Below, piece by piece: positions 1-11,400 of a stretch of DNA of 64,000 nucleotides; the stretch's first letter is position 1; each line of letters opens with the position of its first letter. A model generated the notes under the pieces. It had not been told where the DNA came from. It searched no databases and saw only the letters and a program-made list of their open reading frames with translations. The DNA is from a virus (lineage: Duplodnaviria; Caudoviricetes), in IMG/VR virus record IMGVR_UViG_3300033075_001674, positions 1 to 64,000 of that record. One strand, 5' to 3'. The position numbers and the translations under genes are program-made.

Positions 1-154
1 GGAATAGACCCCAACGGACTTCTCACCCCGTCCTTGGCCAGCAACCAAGGCTTATAGGGGATCGATGCCTCCCGCGGGAGACGTCCGGGCAACAAGCCCC
101 GTCACTCTCTTATGCCGCCGGGGACCCCTCTTTTGCAGCAAGAGGGGGAAGATG

Positions 155-553
155 TAACGGGGTCCCCGTGGGGTAGTGGTTGGTGACCCGCACCAGGATG
201 GCATGGGACAACGAAGGGGGGCATAGGTAGCCCTCGCGATCCCAGACCTCCTGCAGCTCCTCCTCCCACCGCTGCAGCTCCGGATGGGTCAGCTCCTTGA
301 GTACCCCACTGCGGATCTGGTACAGGACCTGGGACCACTGGAAAGCGGTCCTCGGCAGGGGGTAGGTCTCGATCTCGGGGTGCATGTCCTGGTACCAGAG
401 GAACATGGAGGCGTCTGCGGCGCTCAGGACCGCCTGCTTGGTGAGTCGGTACAGGATCCGGGACCGATTCAGGCGGCGCCAGGGCACCAGGGAGAGTAGC
501 CAGGACGCAACCAGTAGGGGGAGGGCCACCGCGATAGCGAGCTCGAACATCAT
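155..553 (-). CDS. hypothetical membrane protein (ends at in-frame TTA 157-155; standard-code stop at 110)
   Basis: Start MMFELAIAV overlaps the upstream TGA; N-terminal hydrophobic helix. The residues after the TTA run through a hairpin/promoter region. Confidence 0.6.
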
Positions 554-1206
554 TCTTCCTTTCTGAGCAGGGAATCCAGGGGGTACCCCCCGACAATCCG
601 CTCGATGCAGTGGATCAACAACGCCCTCTCCTCCGAGAGTCCGGGGGCGGAAGACATCGCGTGAGCCTGGGCCTTGTGGACCGGGGCAACCCGGCCTTTC
701 TCCCAGTACAGGAGCCCCCAGAGAGGGGGTAGGTCGGCCACCTGGATGACGTCCGGGGGACAGAAGTAGTACCGGAAGTGGCCCATCCCGAGTCCAGATC
801 TTCGGAAGGGCTTCTTCTTGTCGGCCAGGAAGTCCGCTCTGCTGGCCTTGCACTCCACCAGGTAGGAGTGGGTAGCGCTCTTCCATCCGATGGCGTCGGG
901 CTGCTCCTGGGTGCGCAGCCCCTTGTGATCCACCAGCACCACCGAGCAGCCCCGGTTGTTGCGTAGCCAGAGTCCGGCCCGCTTACAGAGCTCTGCGTGG
1001 GTGGAGGGGGCCGTCTCCTCCCCGGAGGCGTCCAGTCCCTTGTGTGGGACGTGGGGGACCACCCGGGGATCCAGCCCCCGGGTGCGCCCCCCCGCCTCCT
1101 CCCGTAGCAGGTCTGGCCTCAGGACGAAGCAGGAGTGCTCTACCGGCTTGCCGTCTTCGAGACGGTGGGGCTGCCCGCAGAAGGCGGGGGCAATAACCGC
1201 CGACAC
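550..1206 (-). CDS. PD-(D/E)XK-fold protein, MmcB-like phage family
   Basis: Motif EQPDAIGW...LVECKASRADFLADKKKPFR...GMG.FRYY.CP...LP..WGLL. Confidence 0.65.
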   Translation of the reverse strand: MSAVIAPAFCGQPHRLEDGKPVEHSCFVLRPDLLREEAGGRTRGLDPRVVPHVPHKGLDASGEETAPSTHAELCKRAGLWLRNNRGCSVVLVDHKGLRTQEQPDAIGWKSATHSYLVECKASRADFLADKKKPFRRSGLGMGHFRYYFCPPDVIQVADLPPLWGLLYWEKGRVAPVHKAQAHAMSSAPGLSEERALLIHCIERIVGGYPLDSLLRKEE

Positions 1207-1673
1207 AGGCAGACCACCGGGGACCAGGCCCCGTCGATCTTGGCGATGCCGAATAGCTTGGGGGTATCACCCCCCTGGCTGAGCAGGGCGATCCCGAGGC
1301 GGCGATCCACCCGAACAGCCACCCCCTTCTCCGCTCCGCAGCGGTAGTCCTTGCCTTCCAGGGGGTCCTGGATGTTCGGACCGTCTTCCGTGTGCCCGAA
1401 GAACACCCCGTTGCTGCGCAGGGTATGGATCTGGTCCACCCCGATGGCCTCCGGAAGCAGCCGGCGGAGGTTGGCCATGTCTTGCTCCGCCTCCTTCGCG
1501 TAGTTGCGGGAGCTCTCCATGACCCTGGAAGGGTCCACCTGGCGCTGCAGGGACTGGGTGAGGTTGAGGAGCATCTCCTGCACCGCAGCGGTCACCTTGA
1601 ACCGCTCGGGGGAGGGGGCGGATACGCAGTGAGCATCGGTGTCGGGGGGGCAAACAGCGGCAGGGTCGGTCAT
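1194..1673 (-). CDS. hypothetical protein (ends at TTA 1196-1194; standard-code TAG at 1140)
   Basis: ATG 1673 is coupled to the upstream TGA; coding-like up to the TTA, which lies 10 nt inside the next gene. Confidence 0.55.
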
Positions 1674-1921
1674 GTGATCCTGTAGAAGCTGGTGAGGGCC
1701 AGCGGGAAGGGTTGGGGGTTTGGGCGTCCATCCTCCAGGAAGCACCAGACGGTGCCTCTGGATACAGAGTGAACCCGTACGGTATACGGGTACTCCAGAA
1801 GACGATAGCTCCTGCCCACGGTTGGCAAGGGCAGGAGCTGGGGAATGCGCGGTGCCATCCGCGCGTAGCAGTTGGGGTCCGCCTTCAAGGAAGAGGGCGG
1901 CATCCCTGTGTTCGCTCGCAT
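1670..1921 (-). CDS. hypothetical protein
   Basis: Small ORF tightly packed in the - strand operon; start uncertain. Confidence 0.45.
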   Translation of the reverse strand: MRANTGMPPSSLKADPNCYARMAPRIPQLLPLPTVGRSYRLLEYPYTVRVHSVSRGTVWCFLEDGRPNPQPFPLALTSFYRIT

Positions 1922-2220
1922 CGGAGCACCTTCTCTCGCACCCTGCCGTATCCATCAGGGGAGAGGAGGAGGCAGGTAGCCTCTTCTCCCGGCACCCACG
2001 CCAACGCGGCGTGCATGCTCCACTTTCGGTATGCCCCCTCCCCCTTCGACCATGCCATACAGGCGTCCAGGGGGGTCAGGTAGGGGGGGCTGGCTGGGGC
2101 CGGACGGAGGAAGACAGCTGCCAGCCCCACGATCCCGGCGATGAGGAGCAACCCGAGGAGGGTGAACCTGAAGTCCTGCTCCTGCTTCGACAGACCGTAG
2201 AGGTCGTGCGGGGACTTCAT
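1885..2220 (-). CDS. hypothetical membrane protein
   Basis: MKSPHDL start is coupled to the upstream stop; TM segment FTLLGLLLIAGIVGLAAVFL. Confidence 0.55.
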   Translation of the reverse strand: MKSPHDLYGLSKQEQDFRFTLLGLLLIAGIVGLAAVFLRPAPASPPYLTPLDACMAWSKGEGAYRKWSMHAALAWVPGEEATCLLLSPDGYGRVREKVLRCERTQGCRPLP

Positions 2221-2513
2221 CGAACGGTCCTCGTCGTGAAGCAAGGCATCGTCCGGCAGTCGTACTCCTCGTAGCGAAGGTACCTGTCGTCGTCCTTGAA
2301 CCGCACCTTGGAGCTGCACCTCGCTCCGTAGCACCGCACCTCGCTTGCGTAGGTGAGGGAGGTGCCCCCTACGGAGCTCTCCTCCTCCACGGTGGCCTTC
2401 ACCCGGTCCACGAAGACCGGGTTATCCACCGAGTAGGTCTCCTGCCAGTACCTCCACCACTGGTAGAGACCGGCGCCGACAGCCACAAGCAACACAGCAG
2501 CGATCTTGTTCAT
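2217..2513 (-). CDS. hypothetical membrane-anchored protein
   Basis: AAGGAGG SD upstream; N-terminal TM helix. Confidence 0.65.
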   Translation of the reverse strand: MNKIAAVLLVAVGAGLYQWWRYWQETYSVDNPVFVDRVKATVEEESSVGGTSLTYASEVRCYGARCSSKVRFKDDDRYLRYEEYDCRTMPCFTTRTVR

Positions 2514-2531
2514 AGAAAACCTCCTTACCCC

Positions 2532-2539
2532 CTTATGCC
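2532..2539 (-). promoter_or_regulatory. putative phage-sigma (sigma28-like) promoter -10 element GGCATAAG
   Basis: The motif recurs at 109-116(-), 14059, 27759, 32091, 32272 and 53231, upstream of gene starts. Confidence 0.55.
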
Positions 2540-2561
2540 CGCGTTCCGTTGAAGTTGAGGG

Positions 2562-2576
2562 TATCCTGCAAGCATG
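2562..2576 (+). promoter_or_regulatory. leaderless promoter: TATCCT-N6-ATG
   Basis: The same TAnnnT-N6/7-start geometry occurs at 13 gene starts; no SD. Confidence 0.65.
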
Positions 2577-5500
2577 CTCCTCTCCTCGGACGTCGCCCTA
2601 CAGATCGGCCAGCAGCAGTCCATGTTTGCCATGCAGGGGCAGCACGCCGACATGGTGACCGACAGCATTCGCCGATCCAACGACCCCCAGTACGGGTCCC
2701 CTGCCCTGGGAGGCAAGGCGTTCAACGCCATCGGCGCCATCGGCGCCCCCCTGGGGGGTCTGGCCCTGGGTCTTGCTGGGATGGACCCCGCCAGTCTCGG
2801 CATGCGAGCCTTCGGGGCCTCCCGCGCCGTGGGGATGGGGTTCGGAGCAGCCGCCGGAGCGGGTCTTGGCGCCTTCGGGGTGGGCACGGCGGGGATGATG
2901 GCCGCCTCCTACTTTGCCAACCAGATCCAGCAAGGCGGAGCGCAACAGCAGCAGTTCACGATGGGGATGCAGCGCAGCTTCAACTTCATGACCCCCACCG
3001 GTCAGGGGTTCAACAACTCCCAGCTGGGGGCGATGGGCGGCCAGCTGCGCCAGATGTCGGGTCAGATCGGCCCCCACGGTCAGATGACCGGTTTCGACGA
3101 GCTCTCCTCCCTTGCCCAGAACATGGGGAAGATGGGGCTGACCTCCGGTACACAGGATGTTACCTCCTTCACCACCAACTTCCGGAAGATGCTCCAGACG
3201 GTGAAGCACATCGCCACCGAGCTGGGCGGCTCCCTACAGGAAGCCCAGCAGGTCATGGCGGGAATGCGCAACTCCGGGGTGTTCCGGAACGCGGATCAGG
3301 GGCGCATGGCCTCCGAGATCCGCAACTTTTCCATCGGCGGCAACGTGAGCACGGGGGACCTCACCCAGGCCGCAGGGTTCGGGTCCCAGATCAGCAGGGC
3401 CATCGGGGGTCGCGGGGCAGCGGGGGCCTTCGCTGGGGTGAGGACCCGGGGAGAGGTGGGCCTCGCTGTCCAGTCCGGGGTCCTGAACGACGAGGACATC
3501 TACAACGCCACAGGGATGAGAGGGGCTGAGGGTCAGCAGGCCTACGCAGCTGCCCAGATGCAGGGCGCGGCTGCCTGGCTGAGGGGTGGGCGTGGTCGTC
3601 GGTTCGTAGCCTCTCTGGCCGGGGCGGACGGCCAGCTGGACGCCAACTCCGTCCGGGACTGGCAGAACGGGAACATGGGCACCGGTCGCACGATGGCCAA
3701 CGCTCACCGAAACCTGGACGGGGTGGGGCGGGCGGACTTCATTCGCAACGAGGGCCGCCTCCGGGGGGAGGCCCTGGCAGCCTTCGGGGGGAACCTGCCA
3801 GCGATGGCGCTCCAGCAGTGGGCGGAGAGCAAGGGGGTGGACATCCACAACATGGATGACCGCTCCATGCTCTTCGCCCAGCGCCAGCTCGGCATGGACC
3901 GCGACATGGTGGACAACGCCGTGAAGATGCTCGACGGGATGCCGGCGATGATGCGCCAGCAGCGCTTCGCGGCTCGGTCGGACTCCATGCGGACCGAGCT
4001 CGCGGCCCACAAGCGAACCTCCGGGCTCGAAGGGGCGAAGCGGAAGATGGAAGCAGCCCGGGAGCACGTGCAGAACAAGCTGCAGGGCACGGGCCAGCAG
4101 CTGTACACCGACCTGGTGAACGGCATCGACTCCTGGCTGCAGGAGCAGTCGGGGCACATCGCTCAGCAGGCAACCCAGGAGATCGATCGCGCGTACGAGG
4201 GCCTCACGAAGGGCCAGGGGGGGTCTCTGGCTAAGACGCTCTTCGGAACTGGCGGGGGTACCAAGAGCGTGGTGCCGGGGGTGATGGGTACCAACCGCAG
4301 CGTAGGCACCACGGGGGGAATGACCGTGGACCTGTTCAACAAGGGGTCTTTGTTCGGGACCTCTATGAACGACAAGATGAAGGCCGCGGGGTACAACCTG
4401 GGTGACCCCACGAGCACCCGGCTCCTGCAGGACGCGATCAAGGGTGCCACCGCCTTCAGCCAGGGCGCACAGATGGGCAACGACACGGCAGCTACGGAGC
4501 TGGGGGGCAAGTACGCCGGGCTCTTGAGCCGTCTCTACGGTGGTGAACTGGGGGAGACCAAGGGGGCCGCTCGGTACGATGCACTCCGCGCGGCTCTGGA
4601 GAAGGAGCAGAAGGGCGGAAGCAAGGACGCGGGGGATCTGCTCAAGGAGCTCAGCGGCAGGGCGGCCCTGACGGACGTGAAGGGGAATCGCCAGCAAGCC
4701 AACCGCCTGGCCTCCCTGGAGGCGGGAGCAGGTATCGACGCTGACCGCAGGATCGGGGCCAACTCCGCCCTTCCGGCAGGAACCAACCTGATCGGAAGCG
4801 GGATGACCGACGCGGAGCGCGTCCGGCACTACGGGGGCGGCGGAGGAAGCTACCTGGATGCGCTCGGGGAGGGTGCTGCAGCAGCAGCAGGCCTTAGCGC
4901 TGACGGCGGGCTGCTGAAGAGGCTGGGCTCCTGGGAGGGTACGGCCAAGAAGGCGCTGAGTGCGATCGGCATCATCACCACGGGCGGTATCGCGAACATG
5001 GCGGTGGGCGCTGCTACCACCTTTGCCGGCACGATGAAGGCCGCCGACAAGAACAGGGCCGCCGACGCAGAGGGGCAGCGCCTCATCTCGCTCAAGGGCC
5101 TGCAGGAGTCGGAGGGCATCCTTGAGGGTCGCGATATGACGGGGGCGATCAAGGACCGCATGTCCGGGCTGGACACGCACAGCGCGGAGTACAGCGTCGC
5201 GCAGAAGGCGTTGAAGCTCAACGAGCTCACCATGCGGGCTAAGGCGGGCGAGAAAATCGACTGGAAGACCAAGGAGAACGACGACCTCCACAACATGGCC
5301 CGCCGGATGGGAGACGCGCTGGAGGGTCAGCGAATGGTCAACCGCAAGGCTGCGGCGGCGATGGGGCGCATGGACTCCGAGAAGCAGCTCGGGGGTCTGG
5401 CAAACCTCGGGATTGTGGATGCCGAGGGCAACATCTCTGACAGCTTCTCCGCGAAGTTGAGCGACTCCCAGCACGACATCGTGCGTAGGCACATGGACGT

Positions 5501-6287
5501 CCTCAAGCACCAGCGAAAGGGTGGGGCCGAGGAGAAGGACATGAACAAGCTGAACGATCTAGGCCGGATCGATCAGCGGGGGATCCTCGGGGCCAGCGAC
5601 CAGGAGCTGCGGGGACTCCAGGACGTGTTCAGCAAGTCCGGGGACTTCGGGATGGCGAGCCTGTACGGCCAGGCGCTCTCGGACAAGAAGAGCGCGGATC
5701 GCGCGGTGGCGCTGGGGAACGTGGGCGTGGCTTCGGCCCTGGGCATCAAGCTGACCCGGAAGCAGATGTACGACCTGCAGAACATGAAGGCAGGGGACGC
5801 CGGGATTGCCCATGCCCTGGGTCAAGGCCTCGGGGTAGACATGGGGGCGAGCGAGGAGAAGCGAGGCAAGATCGACAAGGACCTGGCGGACCTGGAGGCG
5901 GCGCACGAGGCAGCCGCCGGTACGGACTCGCTCTCGGACTACCAGGACAAGAAGCGGATGCTGGAGAAGCAGAAGGCTGCCAGCGTCGGGGATGAGCGGC
6001 TGGCCGGCATGATCAAAGACGTGGCGAACGCCAAGGACCCCGCGGAACGCAGCAGGAAGCTGCGCGAGCTGCAGCAGGACCCGGAGTACCAGAAGAAGCA
6101 AGAGGAGAACCAGAAGAAGCGCCAGGAGCAGGACCCCACGGTCAGCCATCTCAGCAAGATCGCTGAGGCCACGATGGAGATGAAGAAGGCCCTGGTCGAC
6201 CTGCCCGCCAACCTGGCGAAGGTGATGCCGGGTGGGGACGCGCCGGGGAGCCACACGCCAGCGGGGCCCGGTGCCCCCAAAAAGTGA
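2574..6287 (+). CDS. tail tape-measure-like protein
   Basis: 1237 aa, Ala/Gly/Met/Gln-rich and helical, with glycine-rich hydrophobic stretches; lies upstream of baseplate-like genes. Confidence 0.7.
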   Translation: MLLSSDVALQIGQQQSMFAMQGQHADMVTDSIRRSNDPQYGSPALGGKAFNAIGAIGAPLGGLALGLAGMDPASLGMRAFGASRAVGMGFGAAAGAGLGAFGVGTAGMMAASYFANQIQQGGAQQQQFTMGMQRSFNFMTPTGQGFNNSQLGAMGGQLRQMSGQIGPHGQMTGFDELSSLAQNMGKMGLTSGTQDVTSFTTNFRKMLQTVKHIATELGGSLQEAQQVMAGMRNSGVFRNADQGRMASEIRNFSIGGNVSTGDLTQAAGFGSQISRAIGGRGAAGAFAGVRTRGEVGLAVQSGVLNDEDIYNATGMRGAEGQQAYAAAQMQGAAAWLRGGRGRRFVASLAGADGQLDANSVRDWQNGNMGTGRTMANAHRNLDGVGRADFIRNEGRLRGEALAAFGGNLPAMALQQWAESKGVDIHNMDDRSMLFAQRQLGMDRDMVDNAVKMLDGMPAMMRQQRFAARSDSMRTELAAHKRTSGLEGAKRKMEAAREHVQNKLQGTGQQLYTDLVNGIDSWLQEQSGHIAQQATQEIDRAYEGLTKGQGGSLAKTLFGTGGGTKSVVPGVMGTNRSVGTTGGMTVDLFNKGSLFGTSMNDKMKAAGYNLGDPTSTRLLQDAIKGATAFSQGAQMGNDTAATELGGKYAGLLSRLYGGELGETKGAARYDALRAALEKEQKGGSKDAGDLLKELSGRAALTDVKGNRQQANRLASLEAGAGIDADRRIGANSALPAGTNLIGSGMTDAERVRHYGGGGGSYLDALGEGAAAAAGLSADGGLLKRLGSWEGTAKKALSAIGIITTGGIANMAVGAATTFAGTMKAADKNRAADAEGQRLISLKGLQESEGILEGRDMTGAIKDRMSGLDTHSAEYSVAQKALKLNELTMRAKAGEKIDWKTKENDDLHNMARRMGDALEGQRMVNRKAAAAMGRMDSEKQLGGLANLGIVDAEGNISDSFSAKLSDSQHDIVRRHMDVLKHQRKGGAEEKDMNKLNDLGRIDQRGILGASDQELRGLQDVFSKSGDFGMASLYGQALSDKKSADRAVALGNVGVASALGIKLTRKQMYDLQNMKAGDAGIAHALGQGLGVDMGASEEKRGKIDKDLADLEAAHEAAAGTDSLSDYQDKKRMLEKQKAASVGDERLAGMIKDVANAKDPAERSRKLRELQQDPEYQKKQEENQKKRQEQDPTVSHLSKIAEATMEMKKALVDLPANLAKVMPGGDAPGSHTPAGPGAPKK

Positions 6288-6299
6288 TACCTTGCGGCC

Positions 6300-6647
6300 A
6301 TGCCGGTAATAGTTGAAGGCGGAGGCGAGGGCGGAGGGGGAGGGTCGGGCAACGTAGCCGTTGCGTTCGACCCTCACGTGTCGGAGACGACAGCCCTCAC
6401 CACCAGCTTCAGCACGGAAAACATGCCCGACGACTTGCAGCTGGGGCGCATGGAAAGGGAGACCGTCGTCCAGGTGAAGGGTCGCCTCTACCGCATCGTA
6501 GGGCGCAACAAAGTCGACGCCGCCGACTGGGTGCTCAGCAACATGAAGGCGACGCTCAAGGCTCTCCGAAACGGGGAGGAGTACCAGGGCACCCCCCTCC
6601 CACGTCAACTGCGCGACGCCCTGCTCCAGGGCGACGGAGATCTCTTA
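6300..6647 (+). CDS. hypothetical virion-associated protein (ends at TTA 6645-6647; standard code runs to 7115)
   Basis: Leaderless promoter TGATACCTT-N6-ATG. The TTA overlaps the next ATG (TTATG), and the 156 further codons are off-frame junk over the next gene. Confidence 0.65.
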
Positions 6648-8482
6648 TGGCGGTCTACATCGAGCTGCAGCCCATCGACAACAAGCCCAAGGGCGGGGCC
6701 CAGGGCAACGGCCGGAGGGCTCGGGCGGGGATCCCGAACGTACGTCGTCCCCTCAAGGGTATCGAGCGCAAGAGCGACACCTACGCGTACATCAGCGTTC
6801 TCCAGGGGGACGGTACCTCCTCCAACCTGGTGGACTCCAGCCAGCGCAGCGGAGAGGGGCCGGAGTACGCGAACTTCCTGCTTCAGTCTGTCCAGGAGGC
6901 ACGGATCGAGCGTCAGCAGATCGTGGAGACCTTCGGGGCTCCCTACGTGTTCTTCTTCGGGGAGAGCCCCCGCTTCGCGGACATCTCCGCAGTCCTGCTG
7001 GATAGCCAGGACTTCAACTGGCACGCCGAGTGGTGGGAGAACTACGAGAAGAAGCTGCGCGGAACCCGTCTCGCGGAGAGGGGGGCCACCGCCCTCCTTC
7101 ACTACGACGACGTGATCCTGGAGGGGTACTTCGTCCAGGCGGTCACGAACCGCGCCAGCGATAACCAGCACCTGGTCCAGCTGCAGCTCCGGATGTTCAT
7201 CACGAACTACGTCAACGTCTCGAACATCGGGGACCCGAACTTCCCCATCCGGGAGGAGGCCATCCTCCCGGAGCAGACCACCTACGACGACCGCACGTTC
7301 GCCTTCCGGGTGGACCCGGGGATCCAGGAGAGAGAAGCGGCCTTCAACGCGCTTCGCACCACGGCCGCCGCTGCCATCCGACGGCAGATCCAGAACGCCC
7401 GGAGCATCCAGCGGGTACGCCAGCTCCAGCTTCTGCACGCGATGAAGGAGCTGGGTATGGAGCCCCAGGGAGCCAACCTCCTCACCGTGGGCAAGAGCTT
7501 GTTTCAGGGCGTGGTTGCCGCGGTCCGCGGAGAGAACGAGACGCTCGACGAGGCGAAGCAGCGCCTGGCCGACGAGGCCAAGAAGCTCCTGACCCTCTCC
7601 CAGCAGGGAGACACCGCTGCGGTGCAGGAGCTCTTGGGCATCAAGAAAGAGGCCGAGAAGGTTGACCAGCTGACCGCGGCCCGAGGAGTGGTTACCCGCT
7701 CCTTGCAGGAGACGCTGCGGAACGCGGCTCGTTACACCGCTGCCTCCCCCATCGCGGACCTGAACGCATTCCTGCAGCGGATTCAGGCCGAGCGGTTCAA
7801 GTCGGGGACCACCCAGGTCATCGAGCCCCGCCGGACCTTCCCGATCCGCTCTGTGATCGCGGACAACTACGAGGAGTACACTCAGTTCGGGGAGGACCCG
7901 GAGTACATCGGTAAGGTGATGACGGATCGCATCGGGGCCCCCGCAGAGGGGAGCGCCACCTCTCTCCCGTCGTCGGTGAATGACGCCGTGACCTCGATGG
8001 GCGGAACACCCACCCCTGCATCCACCCGGGCCATGAACATGTACTCCTGGTCTCCGGGGAAGGGGCTCCAGAAGTCCACGGCGCCCTTCGATACCACCGG
8101 GTACCCGGACTCCCCGGACCGCTACACCTACAGCAAGCGCTGGGGGAGCACCCCGGATGCCGGCGGCTCTTACGGCGGGCTCCTGGGCGGCGCAGGTGGA
8201 AAGGGGATCGGCGGGAAGGCGCCTAGCCCCGACGACTTCTTCCAGGTGGGCAGCGGCCTGCCCCAGGCTGACCCCTATGGGAACCCCAACCTCCCACCCT
8301 ACGCCTACACGGACGGCTATGGACCGGACGGGCAGGAGCTCTACAAGAAGCAGTTCCAGTACGGACCGAAGGAGGGGGCCTCGCTTTTCGGAGGGAGCGC
8401 CGTTGTGAAGGAGATCGACAAGAAGAACGACCAGGGCAACGGCTCCTTCACCATCGTCGTCCTCGAAGGGGAGCTGCTGTGA
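6647..8482 (+). CDS. tail/baseplate-associated protein
   Basis: NFLLQSVQE.R.E..QIVETFG..Y.FFFGE.P segment resembles tail-tube-fold/baseplate proteins; located after the tape measure. Confidence 0.55.
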   Translation: MAVYIELQPIDNKPKGGAQGNGRRARAGIPNVRRPLKGIERKSDTYAYISVLQGDGTSSNLVDSSQRSGEGPEYANFLLQSVQEARIERQQIVETFGAPYVFFFGESPRFADISAVLLDSQDFNWHAEWWENYEKKLRGTRLAERGATALLHYDDVILEGYFVQAVTNRASDNQHLVQLQLRMFITNYVNVSNIGDPNFPIREEAILPEQTTYDDRTFAFRVDPGIQEREAAFNALRTTAAAAIRRQIQNARSIQRVRQLQLLHAMKELGMEPQGANLLTVGKSLFQGVVAAVRGENETLDEAKQRLADEAKKLLTLSQQGDTAAVQELLGIKKEAEKVDQLTAARGVVTRSLQETLRNAARYTAASPIADLNAFLQRIQAERFKSGTTQVIEPRRTFPIRSVIADNYEEYTQFGEDPEYIGKVMTDRIGAPAEGSATSLPSSVNDAVTSMGGTPTPASTRAMNMYSWSPGKGLQKSTAPFDTTGYPDSPDRYTYSKRWGSTPDAGGSYGGLLGGAGGKGIGGKAPSPDDFFQVGSGLPQADPYGNPNLPPYAYTDGYGPDGQELYKKQFQYGPKEGASLFGGSAVVKEIDKKNDQGNGSFTIVVLEGELL

Positions 8483-11400
8483 GCGAGGTAGGCATCGGCA
8501 GGCCAATCATCGCCCGGCTCTTCCTGGAGGGGATCGAGGTCCCCCTTCTATCTGCGCAGGTCAGCGTCCAGAAGAACTCCCCTGCGCAGTGCGTCCTCCA
8601 GATGCCCCCCGCAGAGCTCGGCACCCAGCTGCAGCCCCGTACGCTGGTCCACCTGTTCTTCCTGGACTCCCTGGAGACCGCCGCCGGGGTAATCCAATAC
8701 CGGGGGGACTCGGTGAAAGGCCGGGAGACTCGCCCTTCGCTCTACGAGCTGAGCCAGCAGCGCAACACCGAGAACCCGCTGTCCAAGGAGGAGTGGGAGC
8801 GGGAGGAGCGCAACCGGAGGTACAAGCTGCTCTTCGCCGGAGAGGTGATGGGGTTCGCCTACAGCAAGTCCCTGACGAACCGCTCCCTCGTGCTCCAGTG
8901 CCTGGACCTGAGCAACTACTGGGACTACGCCTACCAGTTCAATAACACCGATCTGTTCGGTCCAGGCATCAAGGCCATCCTCTCCGGAGGGTCGACCAAC
9001 CTGTTCACGGACTTCCTCTCCTCCCCAGGAGAGATCGTGACAGGGCTCTTGAAGCTGCCCTCGGCAAACTACCCCGCGCTGAAGGGGGTGCTCGGGGGCA
9101 TGATCCGGATGATCGAAGCCATCGGGGGTTGCTACCAGACGGAGACGCGCTTCGAGGGACAGAACACTTTCTTCGCCTTGGCAGAGCTCCGGCTACGGAT
9201 CAGCCAGTTGCTCACGGCGTACCCTGACGACCCCACGATCAACCGCCTGCTCGGTGCGGGAGGTGTCGATGGGATCTTCGGCAGAGCGCTGGGGAACCTG
9301 GGGGAGCAGGTGAGCATCCGGACGGTCTTCAACAGCATCGCGCAGATGCTGTTCCTGGAGACCTTCGCTGTGCCCACCCCCCTGTTCGTCCCGGGCAGCA
9401 ACAACAACGTCCGCGGACGTAACCCTCGGCAGATCACGTCGCTCCCGCAGTTCAGCTACATAACCGTTCCGGCCAGCCAGCTCATCTTGCTATGCGACGA
9501 GATGACGCAGGTGGTCGAGGGAACCCCCGCCGGCAAAGACGGCAAGGAGACCCTACGGGAGAAGCAGCTGGTGCTGCGGCGCTTCACCTACGTCCAGCAG
9601 CAGCTCGGCAAGGCTCGGAACAGGGCCCAGCAAGACAAGCAGCTACGCTCCACCCAGAACAAGAAGGTGCGGACCCTGCTGATGCAGATCGTGCAGCAGT
9701 TCGCTGCCGCTGCCTCCAAGACTCAGCAGCGCTGGACCCCCGGAACGAAGAAGGGTGCGCAGACCAAGCCCATCACCGACGCGCTGGGTCGGGCGAAGGG
9801 CTTGCTGAACGAGCTGCTCAAGCTGGAGCTGGACATCTCCGACGCCAAGACCCGGACACCCCAGCGCCTCAACGCAGCGATCGTTCGCCCCGACGTTTGG
9901 TTCTCCTCCCCTCCCCGGTGCAATGTCCTGTTCCCGCACCACATCATGAACCAGTCGTACCAGCGCAACTGGATGCAGGAGCCGACTCGGCTCCTGCTCA
10001 AGACGCACAACGAGTTCTTCGGGGAGGACGAGCTCTTCGATAAATACTTCTTCGCCCCGAGAGCGCGCACCGCAAAGGGCAAGCGCCACAAGGGCACCCT
10101 CAAGGAGCTCTTCGACCGGGAGATCCTCCACCACGAGCTGTTCACGGGGATCCTCCCGCTCTTCACGAAGATGGGGGAGTTCAACATCCTGGCCCTCCGA
10201 GGACAGGACGAGTGGAAGAAGAAGCCGAAGGACCGGCCCACGATCTCGCTCGCGCAGCGCACCGCGAACTTCCTCTACTTCCAGCGTAGGTTCGCTGCCC
10301 GGAGCATGTCGGTCTCCGGCGTGTTCACCCCCTGGCTGGCTCCGGGATTTCCTGGGCTCGTCTTCGACCGATACGTAGACCCGGAAGACGTGGAGGCTTA
10401 CCTCAAGAAGGCGGAGTCGCAGAAGGTCAAGACCGACAAGAAGAAGCTGCTGGGCAACCACTTCCTGGGCAACTTCTCTCAGGTAACCCACCAGATCTCC
10501 TGGCAGAGCGCCCAGACGGACGTAGAGCTGGAGTACCCGCGTTCTTACGACGAGGGGGTGGAGTACCTGGGGCCATCTATCAAGGACGACCAGGTGGTCG
10601 TGAAGCGCTTCGGGACAGACGGGATCCGCAACTACACCGTGGCGGCCCTGGAGAAGCCGTTGGTACGGGGGATCGGGCTTTTCTACGGAACGATCCAGCA
10701 AGTAGAGGAGGTGACTGAGGCGGTGGAGGGCATGGTCTTCTCGGTGTACACGGGCCCCCGCAGGATCGGGGACACCAGCGAGGACGGGAGCGCGATCATC
10801 GGGCAGGTGGTGGACCTCGCCAACGTCTCCCCGACCCTGGCGGCTCGGCTGGGGAACAAGTCGGTCACGTTCCGAGCGTTCCGTATCCGAGAGGCGATCC
10901 CTCGCTACCGTCGAGAGGTCGTGGACCTTCCTGCAGAGGAGGCGGTTCGCCCGGGGTGGTACGCCGACGTGTGGAGCCCCTCACAGATCGGCAGGGCCTA
11001 CCAGCACTTCTTCCAGACGGGATCGATCACGGACGCCACGCAGGTAGCGGATCCCGGGAGCTTGTCGACGAAGGGCGACCTTACCAAGGACGCTCGGGAT
11101 CGGCTGGCGGAGGAGGCGAACGGTAAAGTCGTGGGGGATGCTACTTCGGGGGCTGCACCTGCCCTCCTCACCCTAGACCAGAACAGTTCGATCGAGCAGG
11201 CGGTGGACTTTCTGCTCGCCACCTGGGCCTACATCCAGCAGGGCGGCCTCAGCGTGCAGAAGTTCACGGACGCCTACACCTGGAGACCCATCGCCAGCAT
11301 CCCAGACGTGTTTGGGACCTCGGACCTGGAGCTCGACGAGCGGGGCATCACCGTGACCCGCGGGGTAGAGGGGATCCACTCCAGGGCCTTCGGGCCCTAC